DNA from: a virus
Lineage: Duplodnaviria; Caudoviricetes
IMG/VR virus record: IMGVR_UViG_3300036987_000305
Coordinates: 1-61,949 of that record
Length of the DNA: 61,949 nt
Reading direction: 5' to 3' (one strand)
The notes beneath the pieces are model-generated. The model was not told the DNA's origin. It saw only the letters and a program-made list of their open reading frames with translations, and ran no database searches. Positions 45,119 through 55,564 of the stretch are shown piece by piece. How positions within the stretch are numbered: the stretch's first letter is position 1; each line of letters opens with the position of its first letter. The position numbers and the translations under genes are program-made.

Positions 45119-46066
45119 CTAAAACCTTGCGTAGAGATACCCGAGGCCCTGCGGCTTCGCTACCTTGTACCCGTAGATCATCAGCCCACGAACGATCTGA
45201 TCGAACGAGGTGGGGGAGATGAGGTTCTGGGTCTTCTTGCCGTCGACCTGCATGGCGAAGGTAATGGCATCCCGGTTTCCGAAGAGGCAGTAGAACGACT
45301 GGAAGCCCGAAGACTCCGTACCCGCTGCAACCGACCCCATGTTGTTGCTCTTGTAGAGCACGAACCGCCCGATCTTGCCCAAGGTGTTGGTCCGGATGAT
45401 CGAAGAAGCATCCCCAGAGACAGACACCTCGCGGAGATCGGACTTCTGGATCAGACCGGCCATACGCTCGGGAATGACCATCCAGCACCCTTCCTCGTCC
45501 ACATCGTTCTCGCCGAGGACGGATCCGCAGTCGATGATGTAGGAGAGGACATTGTCCTTGGTGATCTGGACCGGAGCACCAGAGGCGCCGAGGTTATAAG
45601 CGCTGGTGATCTTGCCGGCAGTCGTTCCGTAGTTGTACTGGCCTGCGTCCGCATAAACCGCGCCCAGGACCGCCGCGTCCACAGCAATGTCGAGCTGCTT
45701 TACGGCATCAGACGTCCACTTCTCGAGGAGCGGCAGATCCGACTGGATCTTGTCGACATCGTCCAGGTACAGATTCCAACCCTGGCCTTTGTCGATCAGC
45801 AGCTCGACATCCGGAGACTCGGGCCGCGAAATAGGAAGGGTCATCCCCTTCGAGTAGGTGAAAGTGTTCACGTCCGCGATCGTGCGGATGTACACCTTAT
45901 CACCGTAGCTGGAAATTTCGCCCTGGTATTCGGTATTCGAAATAGCTGTCAGGACGGTCTTCTTATAATACTTCTTCAGGATCTTTTTGGACCAAACTTC
46001 AGGGATAAACTTCGAGGTCCCTTCCGAAGTGTAGTCCGGATGACCCGCAACACGTGAAACTCCCAT
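45119..46066 (-). CDS. Major capsid protein
   Basis: FIPEVWSKK, NTEYQGEI, GDKVYI, LLIDK, IGRFVLYKSNN, VRGLMIYGYKV; follows the scaffold gene. Confidence 0.88.
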   Translation of the reverse strand: MGVSRVAGHPDYTSEGTSKFIPEVWSKKILKKYYKKTVLTAISNTEYQGEISSYGDKVYIRTIADVNTFTYSKGMTLPISRPESPDVELLIDKGQGWNLYLDDVDKIQSDLPLLEKWTSDAVKQLDIAVDAAVLGAVYADAGQYNYGTTAGKITSAYNLGASGAPVQITKDNVLSYIIDCGSVLGENDVDEEGCWMVIPERMAGLIQKSDLREVSVSGDASSIIRTNTLGKIGRFVLYKSNNMGSVAAGTESSGFQSFYCLFGNRDAITFAMQVDGKKTQNLISPTSFDQIVRGLMIYGYKVAKPQGLGYLYARF

Positions 46067-46122
46067 AGTAATCCTCCTTCGTGTAGGTATACCCCGAAGA
46101 AGTAATCAAAGCCCCCTAGACC

Positions 46123-47259
46123 CTACCGCAGTGTGCCGGCAACAAGCGCCCGATCGAAAATAAGATCCATCTCCGCTTCGGTTCTCCCGCCCCACTCTTT
46201 GGGCTTAAACCTGCCCCTGGTAGAATCGTCCATGAACTTATCGTACTGCTTTCGGGTATACACCTGATCAAGCTCCGCCTTTTTCAAAGGGGCACTCCCC
46301 CCGGATCGAGGTGGCGCTAATTGTTTCTTCAACCTGTCGGCGGAGGTGGTATCCTCCCCGGCGCCCGTATCATCATCGGCGTCCGAAGCATTCTTCGTCG
46401 CCAGAAAGTCATTAAAAAACTGTGCAACTGTCGGGGCGTCCAACGCCGCGGAGGCGGCCTTGAGAAGTTGGAGTCTCGTTCTCCCGGTATATGGAACGCT
46501 CTCGGAGAGAAATTCCATGAATTCAGGATCGGCATCAATCTTCTGCCAATCCTTCCCTACCAGGGCAACCATGTTGAGACCGAATCGTTCGGCTTTAGAA
46601 ACTTCCGCATCAGACTCGATCGTTTTCAACTTGGAATTAACAACGGCTTCCAATTCCGCAATCTTCACTTTATCCGCACTTCGTTCTTTTTCTAACGCCC
46701 CAAAGAGCTTCGCTGCCCCCGGATAGTCCCCGAGCAAAGTCTTCAGCTCCGGATCTTCGAGATCAAGTACCGGCTTTGCATCAGGCTGGACCGCGTCTTT
46801 CTTCGGTGTTTCCACCTCAAGAGATTTGATCTTGGTTTCCAAAGAGGCCGCATACTCCTGCCACTGCACCAATTCCGCTTTAGCCGACTTTAAGGCCCCC
46901 GCATATTTAGGGAGTTCTTTGTCGTACTTGCCCTTTAAGGACAGGTACTTTGCCTTGAAACTCTCTTCCTCCTTATCGGTGGTCTGTCCAGTCTTGTCCG
47001 TGGTATCGGTTGAGTCGGTGTCGTCTCCGGCTGCGTCTTTCCCCGCAGTATCGGTACTCCCCGAATCATCTCCGCCACCGCCGTCTTTTGAATCATCGTC
47101 AGCCCGATCCTTCTGAGTGTCCGAGTCAGCCTTAGAGAGTTGATCATCCCCTCCGCCGGTGTCATCGGGTCCAGTTGCATACATCGCCGCACGAATCTTC
47201 TCCACTTCTGCTTCTTCCGCATCAATCCTTTGTTCAATCACGCTGTTTTCTGTTGCCAT
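46123..47259 (-). CDS. Capsid scaffolding protein
   Basis: Very acidic N-terminus, KYLSLKGKYDKE coiled coil, DPEFMEFL; lies between portal and capsid genes. Confidence 0.8.
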   Translation of the reverse strand: MATENSVIEQRIDAEEAEVEKIRAAMYATGPDDTGGGDDQLSKADSDTQKDRADDDSKDGGGGDDSGSTDTAGKDAAGDDTDSTDTTDKTGQTTDKEEESFKAKYLSLKGKYDKELPKYAGALKSAKAELVQWQEYAASLETKIKSLEVETPKKDAVQPDAKPVLDLEDPELKTLLGDYPGAAKLFGALEKERSADKVKIAELEAVVNSKLKTIESDAEVSKAERFGLNMVALVGKDWQKIDADPEFMEFLSESVPYTGRTRLQLLKAASAALDAPTVAQFFNDFLATKNASDADDDTGAGEDTTSADRLKKQLAPPRSGGSAPLKKAELDQVYTRKQYDKFMDDSTRGRFKPKEWGGRTEAEMDLIFDRALVAGTLR

Positions 47260-47342
47260 ATTGTTCTCCTTTTTGCGGGTCTCTCTCGAGGTATCCGCGG
47301 GGTATTCAGACAGGGCCTCCAGCTAAGGTGTCCTGGTCTGTG

Positions 47343-47579
47343 CTATTTAAGCTCCCGGTATCGATTGACATACTCAGGAACTTTATTTACGTGAGAAAGA
47401 ATTTGCTCCAGCTCTATGCATCCGCCGGCAAGTTTAATTGCAACTTCTCCGGTATTATGCGTATTCTTCACGGCCTGCGTAATCAGCGACTCCCGGATCC
47501 ACGCAAGCAGCGTATCAAACGCGGGCGACGACGACAAGTTCGCGATAGCCCGTACGACCTCTTCGGACGGCTTAAGCAT
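47343..47579 (-). CDS. Small portal-adjacent protein
   Basis: GGAGG RBS; conserved podoviral position between portal and scaffold. Confidence 0.7.
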   Translation of the reverse strand: MLKPSEEVVRAIANLSSSPAFDTLLAWIRESLITQAVKNTHNTGEVAIKLAGGCIELEQILSHVNKVPEYVNRYRELK

Positions 47580-49689
47580 ACCCTCCTGCGCCTCCCGCAT
47601 TCCCCGGAGTCGAGGCCTCCAAACGTGGCCGTTCCGGATTAAACTGCCTGTTGTCCACCCCCTGCGCCGGATTACCGGCCGCGTCCAGAGTCACCGGAGC
47701 CTGCTCGGGCGCTACACCCGGGGGCGCCGCGGGAATCGGAGTGGGCGGAGCCGTCTCATCCAAATCGATCCCCAGATTTTTCGCAACCTGGAACAGCATC
47801 CTCCGCCGATTCTCCATGCCAACCAAGCCCGCATCCATCGGATTCGCGGTGTAATTCGTGTACTCCATCTGGCGCTGGGTCTCCTGATCCTTCGCCAGAA
47901 GAGACGAGGTGCCCCGCGCCGACAGCTTATAATCCCCAAGCAATCCATAGATCTCGGTGTTGTCAAGCAGATAATCGTAATGCCGCTCAAGCGCTGGGAC
48001 AATGAAATCCAAATCAATATTCCGAATCACTGCCCTCAGCCCCTGCGCCGCCATGGCTCGCAGCTGAGCAAGACCCGAACTTGTATTGCCTGCTCCCCCG
48101 ACCTGCGAATCCCCATGGGCAAATCCCGGCACGCCGCTGTGCTCATCGGCGATCTTGGAGAACGTTGTATACACTCTGATCAACTGTTCCGTCACCATGG
48201 GCGGCTGGTACCAAGCAATGGGTGGCGTCGAACTGCCCATCTGCTCTTCCGTCAGATACCACTTCTTGCCCGGGTGATCATCCCGCGAAGACCCCGGCTC
48301 CAACCGGTCGACATTAATCGCCGTCTGCGGCAAGGCTCCCATCCCCACGTTCGAGAGAATCGATCGAGCGCACGCATTACACACCTGCTGGCAATCCGCG
48401 ATCTTTTCCGGAACACCCTCCCCCCAGAAAGAATCGTTGTCGGTTTCGAACGACGTCTTGGAGAAAGGCTTGCGGCCCAGAGAATCGTAGTTCAGCATCG
48501 CTTTGATGATGTGCGTCCCGATCTTCCAGACACAAACCGGGTAATCCATCAAGGGATCCTCGATCTCTTCCGCGGTCATCCCCCAATCCAGCAGGGTCTG
48601 CCCTGGGATCTCCCCCCAGAACTCGAGGCAGTATATGTTCTCCGCCCGGGAATCCGGGGCGTCGTCACTCTCCTCGTTGATCCCGTCCCAGGCTTCGGAA
48701 GACAGGCCAAGCCAACCATCCTTCAATGCCCCTCTTTGGAACTCAGCCAAAACACGATCGATCGCGTCGCTGTCATACCCGTCGAGAGAGCGAAGATTCG
48801 CAAGGTGCCGAGGGCGGATTGAAATCACATCGAACAAATCCCCCGCGTCAACCCCGGTTGAGCGAGGGGAGGGAAAGATATTGAACGGAGACCGCCGGTC
48901 GTACTGCGGGACAATCTTGGTTTCAACCGTTCGCGTAATGCGACCCGTCTCTGCGTCCCGCGAGATCCGACGGACTTTCTCCATCCGGAAAATAGGCCCT
49001 TTGATAATGCCGGCCTTGTACACTACGATGTCGTCTATCGCGGCCTCGAGAGCGGTATAGAACCCGCCCTCCGCGAAATGGTCGTCGATCTGGTCTGCGA
49101 TACTCTCTGCCAGCTCTTTGGATTTTCGTACGATTTGCTGCTGGATCTTCTTTTTAATTTCATCTGCCTGATCCATGATCATCATGCGAAGCTGATCGGA
49201 AGGAATCGACTGCCCGGTTTGCTGCGCCTGGCTGACCGCCATATCGAGAAAACGCTTGACAACGCCGTCCTCGATCTTCCCCTGAATATCGTCGGGGAGT
49301 TCAGGCACCGGCGTAGGGTCAACAGCAAATATCCTCTGGCCGGGCACAATCACAATGTCCTTGATCTGCGCCATGGCGTTCCGGCACTTCGTCCCAGTGA
49401 TATTCATGAAGATTTCAGGCTGTTTGACAGACCTGATCTCCGCCAGTTTCTGCGGGGAGTATGCGCCTTTTCGTTGGTCCCGCGCAGCAATCATCTCCGC
49501 TTCTACAGTGATTTTTGCCTGCTTCGCATCGGTCCAACGGGTGTCGATATGCGCCGAAAGCCCCGAAATAAGGGTCTCTTCCGCCGCCAAGGTGGACTCT
49601 TCGGTGGCTCTTCGGGCCTCACTCTCGCGACGAGCAAGCTCCGCCGGGCCGATATTTGTCAATACGGGGGAGTCGGTCATATCGGGCAT
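47572..49689 (-). CDS. Portal protein (podoviral type)
   Basis: 705 aa; SPFNIFPSP, FWGEGV, DEHSGVP, TSSGLAQL; downstream of the terminase. Confidence 0.87.
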   Translation of the reverse strand: MPDMTDSPVLTNIGPAELARRESEARRATEESTLAAEETLISGLSAHIDTRWTDAKQAKITVEAEMIAARDQRKGAYSPQKLAEIRSVKQPEIFMNITGTKCRNAMAQIKDIVIVPGQRIFAVDPTPVPELPDDIQGKIEDGVVKRFLDMAVSQAQQTGQSIPSDQLRMMIMDQADEIKKKIQQQIVRKSKELAESIADQIDDHFAEGGFYTALEAAIDDIVVYKAGIIKGPIFRMEKVRRISRDAETGRITRTVETKIVPQYDRRSPFNIFPSPRSTGVDAGDLFDVISIRPRHLANLRSLDGYDSDAIDRVLAEFQRGALKDGWLGLSSEAWDGINEESDDAPDSRAENIYCLEFWGEIPGQTLLDWGMTAEEIEDPLMDYPVCVWKIGTHIIKAMLNYDSLGRKPFSKTSFETDNDSFWGEGVPEKIADCQQVCNACARSILSNVGMGALPQTAINVDRLEPGSSRDDHPGKKWYLTEEQMGSSTPPIAWYQPPMVTEQLIRVYTTFSKIADEHSGVPGFAHGDSQVGGAGNTSSGLAQLRAMAAQGLRAVIRNIDLDFIVPALERHYDYLLDNTEIYGLLGDYKLSARGTSSLLAKDQETQRQMEYTNYTANPMDAGLVGMENRRRMLFQVAKNLGIDLDETAPPTPIPAAPPGVAPEQAPVTLDAAGNPAQGVDNRQFNPERPRLEASTPGNAGGAGGYA

Positions 49690-49807
49690 ACAGTCCCTCC
49701 AAATACGGGTAAAAAGTATCCAGTTTCTGGACCCCGTGGATAAAAAACATCCAGTTAGAAACAGACGTACACCAAAAGAAGAAATGTGTCAAGCGAAAAC
49801 TTCGTAG

Positions 49808-50452
49808 TTAATACCAAGCGGAGGGATCAGGGGAGGAAGCTGTCTGGATACCGCGGTGCTCCGGCTTAAACGCGTCGATAACCATGGAAAAAGCCCGGAT
49901 CGCGTAGAAATGGTTTTCGTTTTTAAGATCCACCTTCGAAAAAGACGTCAGTTGCGACCTGATTGTCGAATCCTCGAGAAAAGTTAGTTTCTTGGACGTG
50001 ACAATCTCCTTGATCTTCAGCAAAGACGCCTCAAAAGACGACGATCGGGTCTGCCGAAGCGCCACATTCATCCTGTTTAGGCGTTTCGCCTGGTTAAAAT
50101 CCCTGATAAATGTAAAATACTGCGCGTCCAGACTCGTATACACCGACGTACAGCGCATCGTCCGCAACTCCGAGAAGAAATTTAGCAGCCCTGAGAACGA
50201 CACCGTCGAAAATTCTGCTACAACAGCGAGCGCCGGCACCTGAAACTCAAACGACAACGCCGTGTCCGTCGGGATTTCAGCAACGACGCAACAAAATGCT
50301 GGATTTCCATCCACCGGCCAGGACAGCCCAGCGAAGATTCGACGGGAACCCTGGAGGTTGGCCACCGGGATAGGCGTTTCAGTAGGTTTGGTGGTCTTCG
50401 CCCCCTTGACGGGGGGCGGAAGAGGCCACTTCGGGGGCGGAAGCTGGATCAT
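49808..50452 (-). CDS. Hypothetical protein, possibly a degenerate RNase-H/terminase-nuclease fold
   Basis: IFAGLSWP...AFCCVVAE...VVAEF beta pattern; lies between terminase and portal. Confidence 0.6.
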   Translation of the reverse strand: MIQLPPPKWPLPPPVKGAKTTKPTETPIPVANLQGSRRIFAGLSWPVDGNPAFCCVVAEIPTDTALSFEFQVPALAVVAEFSTVSFSGLLNFFSELRTMRCTSVYTSLDAQYFTFIRDFNQAKRLNRMNVALRQTRSSSFEASLLKIKEIVTSKKLTFLEDSTIRSQLTSFSKVDLKNENHFYAIRAFSMVIDAFKPEHRGIQTASSPDPSAWY

Positions 50453-50829
50453 ATCTTGTAAGCTCCAATTAAACCCTGGGCGAGGGCCTGAATACCATAC
50501 GCCTCAAGCTCATGACCAGGGCGATCTTCCCCTATGTCCTCCAGAATACTCTGCCAAATATGCACCGCCTCGTGTACCAAAAGTCCGACAATCTCCAGGG
50601 GGCTTGCCTTTGCTTTCTTGTCTATGCAGACGACGCAGCACTGCCCCTGTGGGCTGTAAAGATAGTGGACCGTTGCGTCTTTCCCCCTCATGATCCATTC
50701 AGGCGCCGAACTCAATGGGACCTTTAGCCGCTTCAACTCATGTTTGAAGTCGGCCTCTTTCGTGCAAAGAGCGATGCAGTAGGGGGATCGAATCACCGTT
50801 CTGTCCAGCCATTTCACACGAGTCTTCAT
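50449..50829 (-). CDS. Small zincin-like (HExxH) protein
   Basis: LLVHEAVHIWQ...ELEAYGIQ. Confidence 0.7.
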   Translation of the reverse strand: MKTRVKWLDRTVIRSPYCIALCTKEADFKHELKRLKVPLSSAPEWIMRGKDATVHYLYSPQGQCCVVCIDKKAKASPLEIVGLLVHEAVHIWQSILEDIGEDRPGHELEAYGIQALAQGLIGAYKI

Positions 50830-50840
50830 CCCACCCCCTC

Positions 50841-52883
50841 TCATAGCAATTCAGGAAACATCAGTTCCGGCGCCGATTGCCGGGCCATTGCCTCATAGTT
50901 AAAAGCGTGCCGGTAGTGATCAGGACCGAGCCGCATGTACTCGTAGTACTGGGACCCGGTTTCATCGTCCGTCACCAGCTTCTTCGCCACGTTATGGCAC
51001 TGCTTCGCGAACGTCTCCATGACGTCTGACTGCCGTGGCAATACAATCGTATGGTCGACAATCTCCTGGTGGCTCGCATCCAGGCTCTCTGTCCTGTTCA
51101 CCTGTACCATCATCGTGGCTTCGTTCCAGTTGTAGGACCCCTTCTGGTGCTTGTTATAGAAGTTCAGAAACACCCGCCCCGGGAATCGTTCGGCAAATGC
51201 CCGGGCGTGCTTCGTCTCGGGGAGGTAGTCAACGACGCATCGCATGACCTTGAACCGCCCCATGAACTCGTCCAGGATCTTCCACGATTCGCCCGTCTTG
51301 TCCGCGTTCCCCTTGTACTCCCCGACATGAACGATCTCCCCGCCCCGCACTGTCTTCTTTCCTAAAACGACGTGGAAGTTGTTGTTCTGGTCGACACCCA
51401 TGTACGTGCCCTCTTTCGACTCGGAAGCCATGGGGGTTGATCCGCAGCACGAAAGCACCTGCTCCTCGGTCAACCGATCTTTCGCGTCCACGTACGCGAT
51501 CCCAAGCTTCAGGTTGTAGAAGTCCGTCAGGTTTGTAGTCGTCTCAAACGCCCGCAAAATATTCTCGGGGGATGAGTTCCTCGACATCGAGTAGAGTTGG
51601 GAGAACTGCCGGCCGCGGCGATCCAGGATCCCTGGGCGTTTCGCAACCCAAAGCCCTTTCTCCGGGTTCAATTCGGCCTGACATTTCTCGCAGGCACGGA
51701 TAGTTTTCCCGTGGACGCGAATGATGGTCCGGGGGAATGTCCCGACAAGGTCAGTATAGTGGTTGCACTTTGGGCATTTTAACAGCCAGAATCTCTGGTC
51801 GGTTGTCTGGAATAGAGCGTCTATACCGTAGTCGGGCAGCGTGGGATTGGACAGGAAGAGCAGATCGCCAATCTCCGAATGACCCATGCGCTCATTGGCC
51901 ATGTCCACAGCTTTGGGTGGCGCCTCATCTAACTCATCGTAAACGTTCATGTCGCTCGGAGTGGAATTCCCCGACCAAATAGCTTTCCCCTTTCTTCGGG
52001 TGCAGAGAGTGCCGTTCGGAACCGTCGCGCAATATATCCTCCCCCGGTACGAAACAATATCCGCCGCTGGGATATCGACTTGAAAATCGATGTGCTGCTG
52101 ACTAACCGCAATAAACCGTCCTTTTCCCGGTAAAAGATCCTCCGCCATTTCAAAGCGCTCCTTTCCATCACCATCAATTACCAACATGCGATGATTTGGA
52201 GTAACAAGACAATCCACCCGCTTATTTCTGAAATGGTACATCGACCCCTCATGGTCGTACTGGTACAGGGCTGTAGGCAATACCCAACTCCACCGGCCAA
52301 GGGGAGAGCGTGTCGCGAACTCGTCAGCCATCGTAGTATCTTTGAAAAACTTCCATCCTCGCCGACGAGTCAGCACCTCCGTCTGGTCATCGTGGCATTT
52401 CATACCAACGCGAGAATTCATCCCCCGCAAGTACAGGAACGTGTTCCAGATTTTCTTGACGTTCGCCGAGTCCGTGTCCTTCACCCACTGCCCGATCGTC
52501 TCAGGATTATCCTCGATCAGAGGAGTGAGCCGCCCCTTGGACATTTCCGTTACGTCCGTCCGCGAGGGGAAGAAGTACATGATCCCGCGGTACATCCCGT
52601 ACCGGCAGCCGTAAACCACCCGCAGCAGAGCTTTCGAGGTCAGACCCAGCTGCGTGGCCTTTATCTCAACCTGGAAATTGTGGGTATCCGCGTACGGCTC
52701 CCGAAGATACTCATGGTGGTGAAAAGAGAACGGCCGGCCGTCCAACATGACCTTATTCTTCTCGCACCAATCGCCGAGATCCTTGCACTCGAGATCCCCG
52801 ACCCCTCCCTTGTCGAACTCCTCCTCCATCTTCCCGATCATCGTATTATAGAGGTCGGCTGTAAAATTCGAGAGAATGGGCAT
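50841..52883 (-). CDS. terL: Terminase large subunit (gpA-like ATPase) containing an intein
   Basis: KATQLGLTS Walker A variant; GMNSRVGMK|STPSDMNVYDELDE Walker B; SNPT; CPKC/CEKC; MGVDQ; DHYRHA. Confidence 0.9.
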   Translation of the reverse strand: MPILSNFTADLYNTMIGKMEEEFDKGGVGDLECKDLGDWCEKNKVMLDGRPFSFHHHEYLREPYADTHNFQVEIKATQLGLTSKALLRVVYGCRYGMYRGIMYFFPSRTDVTEMSKGRLTPLIEDNPETIGQWVKDTDSANVKKIWNTFLYLRGMNSRVGMKCHDDQTEVLTRRRGWKFFKDTTMADEFATRSPLGRWSWVLPTALYQYDHEGSMYHFRNKRVDCLVTPNHRMLVIDGDGKERFEMAEDLLPGKGRFIAVSQQHIDFQVDIPAADIVSYRGRIYCATVPNGTLCTRRKGKAIWSGNSTPSDMNVYDELDEAPPKAVDMANERMGHSEIGDLLFLSNPTLPDYGIDALFQTTDQRFWLLKCPKCNHYTDLVGTFPRTIIRVHGKTIRACEKCQAELNPEKGLWVAKRPGILDRRGRQFSQLYSMSRNSSPENILRAFETTTNLTDFYNLKLGIAYVDAKDRLTEEQVLSCCGSTPMASESKEGTYMGVDQNNNFHVVLGKKTVRGGEIVHVGEYKGNADKTGESWKILDEFMGRFKVMRCVVDYLPETKHARAFAERFPGRVFLNFYNKHQKGSYNWNEATMMVQVNRTESLDASHQEIVDHTIVLPRQSDVMETFAKQCHNVAKKLVTDDETGSQYYEYMRLGPDHYRHAFNYEAMARQSAPELMFPELL
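51966..52397 (-). mobile_element. Mini-intein (144 aa, no homing endonuclease) in terL
   Basis: Starts CHDDQTEVLTRRRGW; block B VTPNHRM; block F YRGRIYCATVP; ends WSGN, followed by extein Ser. Confidence 0.9.
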
Positions 52884-53773
52884 CAGACCTTGACCCCCCT
52901 CAAATCGACCATCTGCCGATCACGTACGGTAGCGACCAGATACCCCAGTTCCGTGGGATTATACTGCGCCATTTCGCTATACGTCTCCAGCCCTTCTACA
53001 AAGGTCTTCAGGAATGACCCGGTCACGCCGTACCACCGATGGTCCGGATGGATGTAGGACCCGACCCGGCCCGCTGCCGAAGTCGTATAGTTCTGACGCA
53101 GCTTCCCCCGTTCCGAAGTAAGATATACTGTCGGCAAAGGGGCAGTCACAAGAACGATATGGATGTGCCCCATAGCCATCAGGATGCAATCCCCCGCCAT
53201 CTCCTGAAGGATCAGCTTCAGCCGATACTGCATATTCGCCTTCTTCCTGTGTGGATCTGGCGATACACTGCTGATCATCTTCCGGCCATGGGTGAAATAT
53301 CCCTTGAACATGGGCTTCCCGTCGGCATGAACAAACTCCACTTTATTCGTGTACGTCCCTTCGATCGGATATTCCGTTCCGCTCATCGCCCGAAGTTCGC
53401 GGCACAGTTTCTCGTTCACCGCTTCCTCCCATCCCAGGCGCTGCAACTTCATCTCCAACGTTTTCTCGTGGTTACCCTTCAGCACGCTCAGCAACCGCCC
53501 GGTTTTCGCCAACGGCGCCAGCTGTTCCACCGTGCGATTGAACTGCTCCTGAGGCCTACCCGCCACCGTCAACGAATCATACCTTTTGTCATCAATCCAG
53601 AACGCGTCCATGGAATCGCCCATCTTGATCCCGTACCGGGATTCATCCGCGCAAATGTAATCGATGCATTCCTTGTACTTGTCCGTTGCCTTCGCCGCAT
53701 TCCCTTCCTGGTCATCGCCAAACAGCACCAGCTCGAAATCCGCCGGCATGCCCGGGATCGTTGATATCCTCAT
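52883..53773 (-). CDS. Calcineurin-like metallophosphoesterase
   Basis: FGDDQ, MGDSMD, GNHE, THG, MGHIH, TGSFLK. Confidence 0.85.
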   Translation of the reverse strand: MRISTIPGMPADFELVLFGDDQEGNAAKATDKYKECIDYICADESRYGIKMGDSMDAFWIDDKRYDSLTVAGRPQEQFNRTVEQLAPLAKTGRLLSVLKGNHEKTLEMKLQRLGWEEAVNEKLCRELRAMSGTEYPIEGTYTNKVEFVHADGKPMFKGYFTHGRKMISSVSPDPHRKKANMQYRLKLILQEMAGDCILMAMGHIHIVLVTAPLPTVYLTSERGKLRQNYTTSAAGRVGSYIHPDHRWYGVTGSFLKTFVEGLETYSEMAQYNPTELGYLVATVRDRQMVDLRGVKV

Positions 53774-54066
53774 CTCAGCCTCCCTTTCCGTTCAGGTTTT
53801 GGTCGATACGTGCCTTTACAATTAATGCAAACAGCGCTCTCGCCATCACTATCCACGTCCAGTAGAATCCCGCAGTGGATACACCGCCCTTCCGCACACC
53901 TCTGCTCACCTAATTTTCGGAGATACTTCTGTTGATGACGTTTCGCAGCGAGCCAATGCTTCTCGCAATAGAGATAATGAGTGGCTTTCTCCGGGCATCC
54001 CCGGCACAGTCCCCGCTCGACATGCCGCACCCGGTATGCCTTTTTTGCCGCAATTGATCCGCCCAT
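53770..54066 (-). CDS. Small zinc-finger protein
   Basis: GLCRGC...YCEKH and GRCIHCG...CINC. Confidence 0.72.
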   Translation of the reverse strand: MGGSIAAKKAYRVRHVERGLCRGCPEKATHYLYCEKHWLAAKRHQQKYLRKLGEQRCAEGRCIHCGILLDVDSDGESAVCINCKGTYRPKPERKGRLR

Positions 54067-54068
54067 GC

Positions 54069-54719
54069 CTACCCTTTCTTGTCGTACGTCACCTGCCGCA
54101 AAAGCCCACGAATCGATCTCCTCTCCTTCAACCGCCGAATCACCTCGTCCTTCATTCTCGTGTCGAACAGGTCATCGGTCTCCTTCAGGATCGAGATCAC
54201 TTCCTCCTGGAACTCCGCGACCATCTGGACGGAGTACATCGCCTCCGCCAGCTTCAGCTGCATCTCCAATTGCTTCCGGACCTCCGCCGCGATCGCAATC
54301 ACATTGCTCTGAAGCTTTAGAACATTCGCGTACGTGATCACCCCTTTGGCTTTCAACATCTCGGCCAGCTTCGTATTCCCCGGCTCGCGCTTTACCCGGG
54401 CCTCCAGCTGCTCGTAGTCCGAGAAGTCCTTATCTTCCCGATCGATGTACTTCTTCACCCGCCGCAGTTCATCCAGAACCGACGCGTTCATCTGACTCAG
54501 CTGCTGCATGGTATCGATCGTGCCCGACGCCAGTTCCGACTTGACCAGCGCCGGGTCGAACTCGTGATGCTGGCTCTCCAGCCGCTGGATCGCCTTCCGC
54601 ACAGATGCCTCAGTACAACCAAATTCCCTCGCCATCTGCGCCTTCGAGACCTTGTCCTGGACCATCTGCATCAGCTTGATCTTATCGATCTTCTGCGGCT
54701 GCACATCGTAGATTGTCAT
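54069..54719 (-). CDS. HTH-containing protein, candidate terminase small subunit
   Basis: N-terminal SKAQMAREFGCTEASVRKAI HTH followed by coiled coils; upstream of terL. Confidence 0.62.
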   Translation of the reverse strand: MTIYDVQPQKIDKIKLMQMVQDKVSKAQMAREFGCTEASVRKAIQRLESQHHEFDPALVKSELASGTIDTMQQLSQMNASVLDELRRVKKYIDREDKDFSDYEQLEARVKREPGNTKLAEMLKAKGVITYANVLKLQSNVIAIAAEVRKQLEMQLKLAEAMYSVQMVAEFQEEVISILKETDDLFDTRMKDEVIRRLKERRSIRGLLRQVTYDKKG

Positions 54720-54913
54720 ATGAAATCCTCGCTTCGGATCGGCAGCCTGAACGGGGGCTTTTTCACCGCGGACAACATGAAGATCGCCCACTTCAAAGCC
54801 AAGAGTTCTTCGCAGTCGTAGGACAGATTTTTGTTTTTCCCATTCTCCGTCCTAACCGCCAAAAACTCCATTCGCCTCCGCAGGCACCTAATTCGCTTTT
54901 CGTCTTGTTTCAT
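54716..54913 (-). CDS. Hypothetical protein
   Basis: ATGA overlap with the next gene; LSYDCEELLALKWAI. Confidence 0.55.
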   Translation of the reverse strand: MKQDEKRIRCLRRRMEFLAVRTENGKNKNLSYDCEELLALKWAIFMLSAVKKPPFRLPIRSEDFI

Positions 54914-54946
54914 CGGAGGGGTATCTCCTTCCTGGAAAAGTACAGG

Positions 54947-55309
54947 TTAATTCGGCCGCGGACCTCCGAACGGAAGGACATTCTCCCGCGGACCTCCGAA
55001 CGGAAGAACAGTCTGCTGCGGAGCCACTTTAGCAGCCGGCGCCGCGCTCGCCATCTGGATCCCCGTCGTCACTTCGATGTAAAGATTTCGAATCCCCTCG
55101 TCGTCGACTTCGTACTCGAACAACGCTTTCTCCAGCCCGACGGAACAATTCTTCCCCCCGCCGTGAAGCTGCGCAATCCCGATCTGGTTATTCCCGCTGA
55201 TAAACGCGAAGGCCTCCGCCAAATATGGAGCCGCCGTCCCCATTCTCTGGCCGATGATCCACACGTTAGGCCCCCCCGCAAAACACGCCATTACCAATGG
55301 TCCTTTCAT
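54947..55309 (-). CDS. Hypothetical protein with a duplicated VLPFGGPR tail
   Basis: GGAGG RBS; 27-bp tandem duplication near the 3' end. Confidence 0.65.
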   Translation of the reverse strand: MKGPLVMACFAGGPNVWIIGQRMGTAAPYLAEAFAFISGNNQIGIAQLHGGGKNCSVGLEKALFEYEVDDEGIRNLYIEVTTGIQMASAAPAAKVAPQQTVLPFGGPRENVLPFGGPRPN

Positions 55310-55312
55310 ATC

Positions 55313-55564
55313 TCATGCCTCCCTGAAAATAAATCTCTCCCCGATATGGTCATACCCCCGCCGCTCCATCTCCACCCTCCCGGCCATCCATGCGTCCACC
55401 GGGATCTTCCCCTCCAGCTCGTTCTCGTTCGTCTTCCGCATGTACTTCCCTCGGCTCGCCACCCACCGAACATAATCATCGGGCACCTCCGGATCAGAAA
55501 GTACCTTACCCCTATACCGACCGAATGTCAAGATATATGGCTTCCTTGGCGCCTCATAGCTCAT
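55313..55564 (-). CDS. DUF3820/ExoX-C-terminal-like small protein
   Basis: LTFGRYRGKVL...VPDDYVRW. Confidence 0.72.
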   Translation of the reverse strand: MSYEAPRKPYILTFGRYRGKVLSDPEVPDDYVRWVASRGKYMRKTNENELEGKIPVDAWMAGRVEMERRGYDHIGERFIFREA

